Assembly: GCA_964016885.1 (NCBI GenBank)
Contig: OZ024749.1
Span: forward strand, 55,986,001-56,050,000
From: Eledone cirrhosa
Lineage: Eukaryota
Direction: 5' to 3'
Length of the DNA stretch: 64,000 nt
Shown: positions 1-13,759 of the stretch, piece by piece
How positions within the stretch are numbered: the first letter of the stretch is position 1
Layout: each line of letters opens with the position of its first letter
Program-made: the position numbers and the translations under genes
The notes under the pieces: generated by a model
Told to the model about the DNA's origin: nothing
Database searches by the model: none
What the model saw: only the letters and a program-made list of their open reading frames with translations

Positions 1-399
1 ACTATCACCACACACCCTGAAACATGGTTTAATTGAATTTCAAATGCACTTCACTTCGTATCTTTAACACAAACGTGACTCATGTTTCGGTTATTTTCAC
101 TTTTATGGTTTTATGGCTTCAGCTTTTCAGAAAAATGGAATAAGAACAAAACAAAATATGTGTACAGACATGTCTCTCTCTCTCTCTCTCTCTCTGTAAA
201 TCTTTATATTTAATAATCTCCCGTTGGGTTGAGATGCAACTGGCGATATTGGGCTGCGCTTTCTAGCAACCAGCCTACTCGCCGTAAGCAACTAATCACA
301 TTCTTTCTAATTTGACCACTGCCACGTCACGATTCTTACCCATTTTTAAAATCTATTTCTGGCGCGATCGCTTTGGAAAATTAACTGTCCTATTGAGTT

Positions 400-478
400 T
401 GTCTCCTGATGAGTTCGATACTCGAGATTTATCCTTAATAGGATATCTCAAAATACGAACGAAACCATGGTAGAGATA
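400..478 (+). ncRNA. Type I hammerhead ribozyme motif (Penelope-like-element type) with extended stem II
   Basis: TGTCTC-CTGATGA(406-412)-GTTCG...CGAAC(456-460)-GAAAC-CATG-GTA-GAGATA. The complete catalytic core is present. Stem I is TGTCTC/GAGATA, stem II is GTTCG/CGAAC with an inner hairpin, and stem III is minimal with palindromic ACCATGGT. Predicted cleavage after A472. Confidence 0.8.
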
Positions 479-758
479 TAATTACGGTATGTACACGTTT
501 CTTCTAAGTTTTAATTTATACCTAATTGTGTATGGTTGACGGTATATTTAGTCAGTTTCTACATGCTGTTGAAATGTTGGGTAAATACTCTATTGTGGTC
601 AACCTCGAAGAGGCCGCTTTCGGTTATTTATCAAATATCTCTTCATATAAGCCTTTATTCTTATAGCCTGGTCTAATTGATTTTTTATATGGTTAATTAT
701 GCTAATTGGGAGAAGAAATGGTATATATTCTATCTAATAATTCTAAGGACATGATTTA

Positions 759-759
<1 letters not shown>

Positions 760-805
<46 letters not shown>

Positions 806-910
806 CGCACACACACATATATATATATATTTGTATATGCATATATTTGTGTATATATATATATACATACATTATTTCATGTATATATATATATATATAT
901 ATATTATTTC

Positions 911-950
<40 letters not shown>

Positions 951-952
951 TC

Positions 953-994
<42 letters not shown>

Positions 995-1076
995 TCATGT
1001 ATATATATATATATATATATATATTATTTCATGTATATATATATATATATATTATTTCATGTATATATATATATAT
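760..1076. repeat. Compound (TA)n microsatellite with recurring ATTATTTCATG unit
   Basis: ATTATTTCATG recurs between TA runs of variable length. Confidence 0.9.
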
Positions 1077-1392
1077 ACTTATATCGCAATTTGGTGCCAA
1101 GATCGATATCGAGTAGGGTTCCAGCCACATAGCAACACGCATACAAACACGTGATACCCACTTGACGTGGGACGTGTGAGTTTATCGCTGAAGTGTATGA
1201 TCTGAATACCGGCAGGAATGGCGTAGTCTGGTGACAGAGAACTGAATCTGACTCCATGAAATACATACTTTTCTCATAATACAAGAGACACTAAAAAATA
1301 AACTGACAAATCTCCTGATGATGAGATTGTGGATGTCTGGAAACATTGACAAAATTATGACTTCAGGAAATTTGTTGGTCCAAACCTTAGAG

Positions 1393-1510
1393 TCATAATG
1401 GCGTGGCTTCGATTACTTGACTAGGTTCTATGTTGCGTTCATGAGCAAGACACTTCATTTCACGTTGCCCTAGTTCACTCACCTGAAAATGTGTTCCAGC
1501 AATAGCTGGG
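1393..1510 (-). mobile_element. Diverged tRNA-derived SINE fragment (family B-like head/core)
   Basis: TCATGAGCAAGACACTTCATTTCACGTTGC matches the core TCCTTGAGCAAGACACTTTATTTCACGTTGC of the better copies at 24002 and 48178. The core reads on the + strand as written; orientation and limits are uncertain. Confidence 0.4.
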
Positions 1511-2339
1511 AATTTAACTCTGCGATGGACTGTCGTCCTATCCAGGGGGAAATCTTGTGCTATCAGTTGCTTCAAGACACGGAAACCGGGATTCGCTGAG
1601 ATGCAACTGTTACTAGCAGGGAAACCTTATGCTAATCCCGTCAATTTCTTATATATATATATGTGTGTGTGTGAGTGTAGAAGTTTTATTTAATTTGTTG
1701 GAATTCCGACAAACATAAATGTTTATAACTGATTTAGAGCACTCAACAGTTACTGGAGTAAATATTCCATGATATTAAATAAATGGAAACTATATCTATA
1801 AAACCATATTTATTATATATATATTTAAGGGCAACCAAGCCAACCTTTGTGCGCTTTCATATATATAAACCATGAAGACTTCAGTGTAACAACCGTTTCA
1901 GTAAATATTCTGCACAGCTGTGGTATTATACAAATGTTTCTACACTGGACATTACATAACTAATTATAGCTGTATTCAAAGCGTTATATCATTTCACCAG
2001 ACTGATATAAACAGAACCGAATTCCACCGCAGTCTGCCCCACTTTATAACCACCGGTTGTAACATACTATGAAATATGAGTCAACATATAACCTGCAAAT
2101 ATAGTTTTATTATACTCTCTCATTACATGTCCTTATTTACCATATTACCGTAGTAATGGAATTTGCATGAATGGTCCTCGGAATTATATTACACGACACT
2201 CCACCACTCTACTACGCAACAATACAGGTCTCTACAATATAATACACCTCTACACTACACCTCTACACCTCACTACACCTCTACACTACACCATACACCA
2301 CTCCACCACACTACAACAAACTCCTCTACAGAACAATAC

Positions 2340-2912
2340 ACCACACCTCTATACCACAGCACCACTACACCACCACCACCGCACCACTACACCCCTGTAG
2401 ACACCACACCACCACCACACCACCACCACACCACCACCACTACACCACCACCACTACACCACCACTACACCACCACAACACCACTACACCAGTCCTAGCA
2501 ACAAGTACCACCACCACCACACCAGCACTACACCACCACACCAGCACTACACCACCACCACTACACCACCACTACACCACCACACCACCACTACACCACC
2601 ACCACTACACCACTACACCAGTCCTAGCAACAAGTACCACCACCACTACACCACCACTACACCACCACACCAGCACTACACCACTACCACACCACCACCA
2701 CACCACCACCACTACACCACTACACCAGTCCTAGCAACAAGTACCACCACCACCACACCAGCACTACACCACCACCACTACACCACCACCACACCACCAC
2801 TACACCACCAGCACTACACCAGCACTACACCACCACCACTACACCACTACCACACCACCACTACACCACCACCACTACACCACTACACCAGTCCTAGCAA
2901 CAAGTACCACCA
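2340..2912. repeat. (ACC/ACT)n low-complexity array with four copies of CCAGTCCTAGCAACAAGTACCACC
   Basis: The conserved ~24-bp island occurs near 2489, 2618, 2725 and 2888, separated by ACC-rich tracts. Confidence 0.85.
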
Positions 2913-3415
2913 GCAGTACAGCAGTAATATAACAGTACACCAATAGTTAAAGGTTATTATGACCTAGTCACTGACATTGTCTCTAGACTGACAAACTGTT
3001 GCTGTTGATGATGATTAGTGTGATGGTGGTGATGGTGGTGATGATGATGGTGGTGATGATGATGATGGTGGTGGTGGTGATGGTCAAGTCATTACTGTCC
3101 CAACTCTCTCTCTATCTCTCTCTCACTCTCACTGTCTGTTTCTCTCTCTCTCACCATCTCTCTCCCTCTCTCTCACACACACACCCCAACACTATTTTAT
3201 ATATAGATATTAACGCCCACACACACGCATATATATATATATATACACACACGCACACACACTTTATTGATTTCTTCATACACACACACACACTCACTTT
3301 CCCTAATTCTCTCTCTCTCTCTCTCTCTCTCCACACACATACACATTCAGTCTTAAGTGTTTCACCCTCTCTCCCTCCTTCCCTCCCCTCACTCTGCCTG
3401 TGTCACCCCGTCCCA

Positions 3416-3640
3416 CTTTCTCTCTCTGTCTGTATCACCCTCCCCCTCTCTCTGTCTGTATCACCCACCTCCTCTCTCTCTGTCTGTATCACCCACCTCC
3501 TCTATCTCTGTCTGTATCACCCTCCTCCTCTCTCCCCCTATCTCTGTCTGTATCACCCACCACCTCTCTCTCTGTCTGTATCACCCACCTCCTCTCTCTC
3601 TGTCTGTATCACCCTCCTCCTCTCTTCCCTCTCTCTGTCC
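3416..3640. repeat. ~26-bp CT-rich minisatellite (TCTCTCTGTCTGTATCACCCACCTCC)
   Basis: Repeated TGTCTGTATCACCC cores are directly visible. Confidence 0.85.
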
Positions 3641-4254
3641 ATGTAAACCCCCCCTCTCTGTCCATTTCTCTCTGTCTCTTCTTTATGTCTTTTAATCTCT
3701 CATACAGACACACTGTCTCTCTCTTTTTCTCAGTCTGCCCCCCCCCTCTCTGCCCCTCTCATATATATATATATGTGTCTATATATATGTGTATGTATAT
3801 ATGTGTCTATATATATGTGTCTAAATATATGTGTGTATATATGTGTCTATATATATGTCTGTATATATGTGTCTATATATATGTCTATATATATGTGTCT
3901 ATATATATGTCTATATATATGTGTATATATATATATGTCTATATATATGTGTATATATATATGTCTATATATGTGTCTGTATATATGTGTCTGTATATAT
4001 GTGTCTGTATATATGTGTCTGTATATATGTGTCTGTATATATGTGTCTGTATATATGTGTCTATATATATGTGTCTGTATATATGTGTCTATATATATGT
4101 GTCTATATATGTGTCTATATATATGTGTCTATATATGTGTGTCTATATGTGTCTATATATATATGTGTATGTATATAACAAAGGAAATGTGGTAAGGAAC
4201 CAGGTGGACCATAACGCACCAGAGTACTCAATACTTAGGGTAGTAGAGTGGGAA

Positions 4255-4363
4255 ATAGGAAAAAAGTATGACCTCGACGGCAGAGCTCAAGCCGTTTCGA
4301 CTAGTCCAGAAATAGCCGTCGAAACGGCTTGAGCTCTGCCGTCGGGGTCATTCTTTTTCCTAT
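4255..4363. repeat. Long inverted repeat containing the 3' half of a hammerhead motif
   Basis: Arms 4255-4301 and 4318-4363 include a 27-bp perfect core (CGACGGCAGAGCTCAAGCCGTTTCGAC) around a 16-nt loop. Each arm reads GAAAC-GGC-TTGAGCTCT-GCC-GTC. Confidence 0.9.
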
Positions 4364-4728
4364 ATATATATATATGTCTGTATATATATGTGTATGTCTA
4401 TATGTGTATGTATATATATATATATATATGTCTGTATATATATATGTGTCTATATATATGTGTATGTATATATATATATATATGTCTGTGTATGTATATA
4501 TATATATGTCTATATATATATGTGCCTATATATATGTGTATGTATATATATATATATATATGTGTATGTATATATATATATATATATGTGTATGTATATA
4601 TATATATATATATGTGTATGTATATATATATATATATATGTGTATGCATATATATATATATATGTCTGTGTATGTATATATATATGTCTGTATATATATG
4701 TCTGTATATATATGTCTATGTATATATA

Positions 4729-5071
4729 TTGAGGAAATCTTCACTGACGACAGACGGCTGATTCAAAAGATCATCAAAGTGCTCTCGCCACCTTCGTAGA
4801 ATTCCTTGTGAGTCACGAAGAAGTTCTTTGCCATCCTTGCTGCGAAGCGGTGTCACCAGAGAAGAAGACGGTCCATAAACCTCACACAAGAGACTGTACA
4901 ACAGCTTTGTATTATTGGAATCAGACGCAGTTTGTATCTCACCAGCCTTCTCACTCCACCACTGATCCTTCATCTGAGAAAGACTCCGCCTAACACGTGA
5001 TTTTACATCCCTGAGTTCCTCATGCAACGTATTCCTCTCTGCACTTGTCGTCACATGGTACCATGGGCCCA
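4729..5071 (-). mobile_element. RTE (BovB-like) LINE internal fragment, linker between endonuclease and RT
   Basis: Translation [67 protein letters not shown] contains the RTE-typical 'L.RW.EHF..LLN' motif. Confidence 0.85.
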
Positions 5072-5072
5072 G

Positions 5073-5231
5073 CACTATGTGTCAATAATTGTCACAAGTG
5101 TAGTGTTTGTACCAGAGTTTTCAAGTCGCTGGCTGGACTAAAAAGTCACACTCGTTCAGCGCATCGGTAGGGGTTCTCCTACATGGATATAAAGTAGTGG
5201 CCGTACTCGAAAACGAGTTGACAGCCACCAT
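5073..5231 (+). mobile_element. RTE-type LINE 3' end (C2H2 finger, 3' UTR stem-loop, TA tail)
   Basis: Encodes HKCSVCTRVFKSLAGLKSHTRSAHR*. It ends in the stem-loop GTGGC..ACTCG-AAAA-CGAGT..GCCAC followed by (TA)n. A near-identical reverse copy lies at 40672-40830. Confidence 0.75.
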
Positions 5232-5234
5232 ATA

Positions 5235-5270
<36 letters not shown>

Positions 5271-5609
5271 CTATGGTACTATGGGGGATCTACAGCCACC
5301 TCCTTCAAATCACGCCTTTATAGACATCGTTATTCGATAAAACATGAAAACCAGCGTTATGTAACAACACTCGCAGACAAGGCTTGGCAGCTGCGTGAAA
5401 ATAACCAACAATTTCACCTAAAATGGGATATAATAGCGTCTGCCCCCCCATATTCCAATGGACAGGAATTTTGTAAATTATGTAATGTAGAATTATTTTG
5501 TATTATGAAATCCAAAAACATTTTATTAAATAACAGAATAGAGCGATCGTTATACTGTAACCATCGCTTAAAATCTACATTTTCATATTATAAATACTAC
5601 CAGGATTGA
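5271..5609 (+). mobile_element. Penelope-like element, GIY-YIG endonuclease C-terminal fragment (no start codon, missed by ORF track)
   Basis: Open frame LWYYGGSTATSFKSRLYRHRYSIKHENQRYVTTLADKAWQLRENNQQFHLKWDIIASAPPYSNGQEFCKLCNVELFCIMKSKNILLNNRIERSLYCNHRLK* fits the PLE pattern YIG..FK.R...H / W.L / W.I / C.LC..E / LLN.R.E / C.H. Confidence 0.8.
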
Positions 5610-6351
5610 ACGCCTGTCTCTATCCCCGTTTGATTGTCAAAATAGATATGAACATTCTTTATTAGTCTTAATTCTATCAACTCTTCTATTATTTACCTTT
5701 TAATACAAACTGCTATAGATAAAATGAGATTTCTGATTTCTTGATTCAATTCCCTAGTGCATATACCAGCTGGATACTAGCATTGATGTTATTTAGTAGC
5801 AATCGAAATCTCCCCCTTCCCCAATTGACACTTTATAATTAATACTACTGCACCAAATGACCAGCCCTGTCCACTGTCCAGTTGGTCAAGTAGAGATTAA
5901 AATTGGCACTCCCAAAATTCTTATTTAGATTTACTCATGGTATTCTCATTAAAAACCCATTATATACTTGTTTAGCAGTAAATTAATTTACCATCTGTCA
6001 TATTCTATCCCCTCTGTTCCTTCCTCTTTTACTAATATAAATACTTCAATTTTTCTGATTTTATCCAGTTTATCCAAAATCTCTGAAGAAGTGACAACTG
6101 ATTATACATTTGCTATCGAATACTTGCTAACATTATATGATTACGCAAGCAGCGATACATAGGTATTCGGTCTGTTACAGAAACATATGTCAATACCTAA
6201 TAAATTCCTTTTTTAGCAAAAGCACTTTCATTTCATATTCATCCTTTCTACATTTCTCCGGAATATAATTTATACTCGTTGAGCAAACCTGCACGTACGC
6301 TGTTCATCTCTAACGTAACGATATATTATCACTACATTATTGATAACCTGA

Positions 6352-7969
<1,618 letters not shown>

Positions 7970-8811
7970 GGGTGTGGTTGTCTCTACACGTTGGTGCACA
8001 TGCTTTATCACTACCTTTGTCTGAATAACCCCGCTCTGTCAGTCTCTCTCTCTCTGTCAGTCTCCCCTCTCCCACGCTCAGTCTCTCTCTCTCTGTCAGT
8101 CTCTGTCTCCCGCGCTCAGTCTCTCTGTCTCTCTGTCTCTCTCCCGCTCTGTCAGTCTCTCTCTCTGTCTCTCTACCTCTCTCCCGCTCTGTCAGTCTCT
8201 GTCTCTCTCTCCCGCTCTGTCAGTCTCTCTCTCTCTCTCCCGCTCTGTCAATCTCTCTCTGTTTCTTTAATCCATTCAATCTTTTTTCCCTTCTCTCATT
8301 CATTCTCTCTCTTTCACTCTCTCTCTTTCACTCTCTCTCTTTCACTCTCTCTCTTTCACTCTCTCTCTTTCACTCATCTTCTCCTCACTACATCTCTCTC
8401 ATTCTATCCCTCTCCCACCTCACTCTCTAACTCTTTCTCCCACATTTTTCTCACTCTCTGTTTCTATTTGTCTCACGCTCCTCCCACTCTCTGTCATACC
8501 CCCCTCTCTGTCACCCCCCCTCTCTCTCTCTGCGTCTGTCAGTGAATGCCGGGAACTTCGTGTGACAAAACCAGTCAGTATATATAAATAAATGTTGCAT
8601 TCGTTGAGGGCAAGTCTTTGTTTGCAGATCTGTGGGTGTAAAGAGGTTATCACGTGTTAACATAAGGGTGTGTCATTATAGTGATGTGTAAGGATCTGAC
8701 CTACCAAGTAGGGTACGTGTTTGTGACCCCTTTTTCAGATTCGGTGTCGCTTAGTGTCTGTTAGTTTAAAGTGCATGACGAAGGGTTAACAATGTGACTA
8801 TGCATAATTAG

Positions 8812-8868
<57 letters not shown>

Positions 8869-9069
8869 ATGATAAAGTTATAGATATCTAGATACAGTGT
8901 GTATATATATATATATCATTAAGCATATGGAACCGAATGAAAGAGTGGTTTAGCTACACAGACACACAAAAACATGCACGAGAGGGGGGGGGGGGAATAA
9001 ACAACTTGACTGACTTATTTTCTAATGTCCACAATAACACCAAACTGAAGTGTTGTTTCTTGGAAAGTT

Positions 9070-9106
<37 letters not shown>

Positions 9107-10439
9107 CAAAAGGAATCATCCGATTTCATTCACAATTTCTACAAAGGCTGAGTATGTAAATAGCTAAATAAAATTTTATAAAAGTTATAAAAAAACGCGG
9201 TATGACAATATGGTGGCACAACAACTTCATCAGAAATTAGGGAACCATATATTCATATATATTATGTATTGGAAATATAGTAGGATTATTTAGTATATAA
9301 TCTAATATATAAACGTTTTACATTTAAAAAATATATAGTATGGGAATTGCATTGTATATAATAACCTAGGAATTATATATTAAAAAGAGTGTGACTCATT
9401 TAATTGATATAAAAATTATATGATAAATGTGATTTATATTTAATATATAATAAGGTTGTTTAAAATATAGGGTTTATATTGAATTATCTTTTTCCAAAAG
9501 AAATGTTTCTAATTAAATTAAGTTTGAAACCCCTCCACCCAGTTGCAAACAGGCTTACTAGGGTTTGTATATTATACCATGTATATTATATACCATATAG
9601 ATTATATTATATAACATATATATTATATTATACATTATATTATATATTATATTATATATTATATTGTATATTATATTATATTGTATATTATATTATATAT
9701 TATATTTTTCTATTACATTATATTCAAAATTAATGGTTGTTATATTTCTCATAAATATATATTATATTTTAATAAATTAACAAAAAAAATAAAAGTCATA
9801 TTTGATAAAAAAAATTCTCAGGATATTTTTTTTATTGAAACTAAATTCAAATATTTTTTTAATGTTTCCGAAGAAGAAATAAAGGTTAAAAATACAGATG
9901 TTGATTTTTAGACACACATTTTTAATTTAATTTTTTAAAAATTCTTTATCTTCTATTTTGATATGTTTAGAATAATTTTGATTAGTTTTTAAAATCCGAC
10001 AAGCTCTTCAAGTCTAAATTTGTGAAGAATTTAGACTATTTTAGATACTTTTTCAAAATTTCCACAATCTCTTCAGGTCTAAATTGGCAAAGAATTGTTT
10101 TCCAATTCAAACAGTGTATCTCGTTGAATTGTGAAGAATTTAGAATTTAAATTGGTTTCGATACTGTTTCTAATTTCATACTCATTCTCTCAAACAATTC
10201 TAAATTGGCGAAGAATTGTCTTGTAAATCAAACGCTGTATGTTGGATAAATTATGTATTAACATATTATGTAGGAACAAATTATGTATTAACATACGGCG
10301 TTCCTTGGGCATTTAAAAAAAAATACTGACGGCGGCCATTGTTTCTCCAGGTCTGAGTACAGCAGATTTCTTCCAGAGAAGGATAGAGAGGGTGAGAGAA
10401 CTAAAGTAGTGAGAAGGAAATATAGAGGAAGAGTCGTTC

Positions 10440-10589
10440 CCAGTACATGACTGGTAGATTTTTTATTGACCTTGAATGGATGAAAGGCAAAGATTATCTA
10501 GGCGGGATTTGAACTCAGAGAGCAGAGAGTTGAAACAAACACAGCCAGGTATTCTAACTGACGTTCTAACGACTGCCAATTCAATACCT
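10440..10589 (-). mobile_element. tRNA-derived SINE, family A
   Basis: GGATGAAAGGCAAAG...GGCGGGATTTGAACTC (reverse B-box)...CTGCCAATTC, homologous to the copies at 26662, 56578 and 60531. Confidence 0.8.
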
Positions 10590-10680
10590 CAATCGCTACA
10601 CTCTTAACTCTAATACAACCAGTCTATTCTCCACCAATTTTCTCAGTCAATTCTCTGTTTCATGTTTTTCTCCAGTCTTT

Positions 10681-11616
10681 GTTGAGCCCTACATTCTTCT
10701 GAAAGGCTCAACACTATGTAGCTGGTCTCTGTTGACCCCTACATTCGTCTGAAAGGCTCAACACTATGTAGCTGGTCTCTGTTGACCCCTACATTCGTCT
10801 GAAAGGCTCAACACTATGTAGCTGGTCTCTGTTGAGCCCTACATTCGTCTGAAAGGCTCAACACTGTAGCTGGTCTCTGTTGACCCCTAAATTCATCTGA
10901 AAGGCTCAACACTATGTAGCTGGTCTCTGTTGACCTCTACATTCGTCTGAAAGGCTCAACACTATGTAGCTGGTCTCTGTTGAGCCCTACATTCGTCTGA
11001 AAGGCTCAACACTATGTAGCTGGTCTCTGTTGACCCCTACATTCGTCTGAAAGGCTCAACACTATGTAGCTGGTCTCTGTTGACCTCTACATTCGCCTGA
11101 AAGGCTCAACACTGTAGCTGGTCTCTGTTGACCTCTACATTCGTCTGAAAGGCTCAACACTATGTAGCTGGTCTCTGTTGAGCCCTACATTCGTCTGAAA
11201 GGCTCAATACTGTAGCTGGTCTCTGTTGACCCCTACATTCGTCTGAAAGGCTCAACACTATGTAGCTGGTCTCTGTTGAGCCCTACATTCGTCTGAAAGG
11301 CTCAACACTGTAGCTGGTCTCTGTTGACCCCTACATTCGTCTGAAAGGCTCAACACTATGTAGCTGGTCTCTGTTGACCCCTACATTCGTCTGAAAGGCT
11401 CAACACTATGTAGCTGGTCTCTGTTGAGCCCTACATTCGTCTGAAAGGCTCAACACTATGTAGCTGGTCTCTGTTGAGCCCTACATTCGTCTGAAAGGCT
11501 CAACACTGTAGCTGGTCTCTGTTGAGCCCTACATTCGTCTGAAAGGCTCAACACTATGTAGCTGCTCTCTGTTGACCCCTACATTCGTCTGAAAGGCTCA
11601 ACACTATGTAGCTGGT
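10681..11616. repeat. 50-bp minisatellite, ~19 copies
   Basis: Unit GTTGA(G/C)CCCTACATTCGTCTGAAAGGCTCAACACTATGTAGCTGGTCTCT, with 48-bp variants lacking AT. Confidence 0.97.
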
Positions 11617-11788
11617 GGCTTTCTCCTTCTCCCATTCCTTCCTTGCTGCCCGTCATCTTGATTTTTTTGCATACCAACAATAAAACTACTAAAGGGCATG
11701 GGTAACCATTACATATACACACAAACACACATACACATATACACAGAGATACACGTATATATATATATATATATATATATACATACAT

Positions 11789-11820
<32 letters not shown>

Positions 11821-11958
11821 GCAGGTATCTGTGTATGTATGTATGTATGTATGTATATATATATATATATAGAGAGAGAGATATATACGTGTGTCTGTGT
11901 GTATATGTGTATGAATATATATATATATATATTCATACACACAGAGACACACATACGC

Positions 11959-11989
<31 letters not shown>

Positions 11990-12294
11990 CACGCATATAT
12001 CCATATATATATACGCACACACACACCCACGCGGATGTGTGTGTATGTGCGTGCGTGTGAGTATATAGTGTATTGTTTTGCGTGTGGAGAGTGAGAGGGA
12101 GAATGTGCGGAGGGGAGGTGCAGTGAGAGAGAAGTAGCAGGGAGAAAGGTAAGACAATAGAACACCTTTCAAATGTATTTCAGTTTTATTGACTGAGAAG
12201 TGGAGGGAGGGAGGGGGAGGGGGGCAGTGCAGTAGATTTTAGTGCAAAAAAATTAACCTGCATCTAAATCAACACCAACACAACTGGCAGTACG

Positions 12295-13030
12295 GCCACC
12301 ACTACCACCATACCACTACCACCACCACCATACCACCACCACTACCACCACCACCATACCACCACCACTACCATCACCACCACTACCACCACCACCACTA
12401 CTACCACCACCACTACTACCACCACCATACCACCACCACTACCACCACCACCACTACCACCACCACTACCACCACCACTACCACCACCATACCACCACTA
12501 CCGCCACTACCACCACTACCACCACTATACCACCACCACCACCACTACCACCACCATCGCCACCATTACGACCATCCCCACCCCAACAACCAGCAAACCT
12601 CCCCCCACCACCAATCACTCCACTTCTAGCAACATTAGAAGCAACACCACTACCACCACCACCACCACCACCACTACCACCACCACTACCACCACCACCA
12701 CCACCACATCCACTACCACCACCACCACCACCACATCCACTACCACCACCACCACCACTACCACCACCACTACCACCACTACCACCACTACCACCACCAC
12801 CACTACCACCACCACTACCACCACCACTACCACCACCACTACCACCACCACCACTACCACCACCACCACTACCACACCATTACCAATACCACCACTACCA
12901 CCACCACTACCACCACCAGCACCACCACTACCACCACCACTACCACCAGCACCACCACCACTACCACCACCACTACCACCAGCACCACCACCAACACCTC
13001 CACCACACCACCAACACCTCCACCACCACC
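12295..13030. repeat. (ACC/ACT)n trinucleotide arrays
   Basis: Directly visible. They give the poly-V, poly-T and poly-P pseudo-ORFs. Confidence 0.95.
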
Positions 13031-13759
13031 AACACTCCTTTCTGTTAATTCTGTCACCACCTTTCCATTCCTACACCCCCCTCTTCCTATAACTCTCGTC
13101 TTTAACTTCTGCATTTTTTGTTGTTTCTCCTATCCTCTCCACCATCACCACTACACCACCAACACCTCCACCACCAACACCTCCACCACACCGCCGCTAC
13201 CATAAGCACAGCGCCCGACATTACCAATACCACCACTATCAGCACAACCACCGCCACCCCTACAGAAGAAGGAAGGAAGGGGAGGTAATTATACACATCA
13301 AAGCTATATTTATTTGAAAGCTCATTGTCTGTCTCCTGTTAAATTCCTGTCTCTTTTATTTCAATGACGAAGTGTGTATGTGTATATAGACATATACACA
13401 TAATACTAACATACATACATATATATATACATATATACATATATACATACATAGATACTTGATAGAGACCTATATATAATCACATATATGTTTATACATA
13501 ATAAACATACCTATGTCTCGCTATGTGTATTTTAAGCAGTGATCATGTCACAGCTACCTCAGTAGCCGTGTAAAAGCCGCACACCCAAGTGTTTCAGGAC
13601 CTTATCTATCCTCAATGACATTAACTAGTTTGCTACTGATAAAGTAGTTGGAGTGAGGTTCTGCTCTCGGGTTGCAAATCCGTTCAGTGAAACGTGCGTC
13701 CTCGAGTATGGTTTGCTAATTTATTGTCGAAATAACTCTATACTGAACTGTTCCTCTGA

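Noticed and set aside
1316-1352. CTGATGA...GAAAC possible hammerhead
   Set aside because: Stem II pairs poorly, the cleavage triplet is GAC, and stem I is unconvincing.
2489-2912. Conserved 24-bp repeat with variable spacers
   Set aside because: The spacers are ACC low-complexity sequence. This is best explained by duplication within a trinucleotide array.
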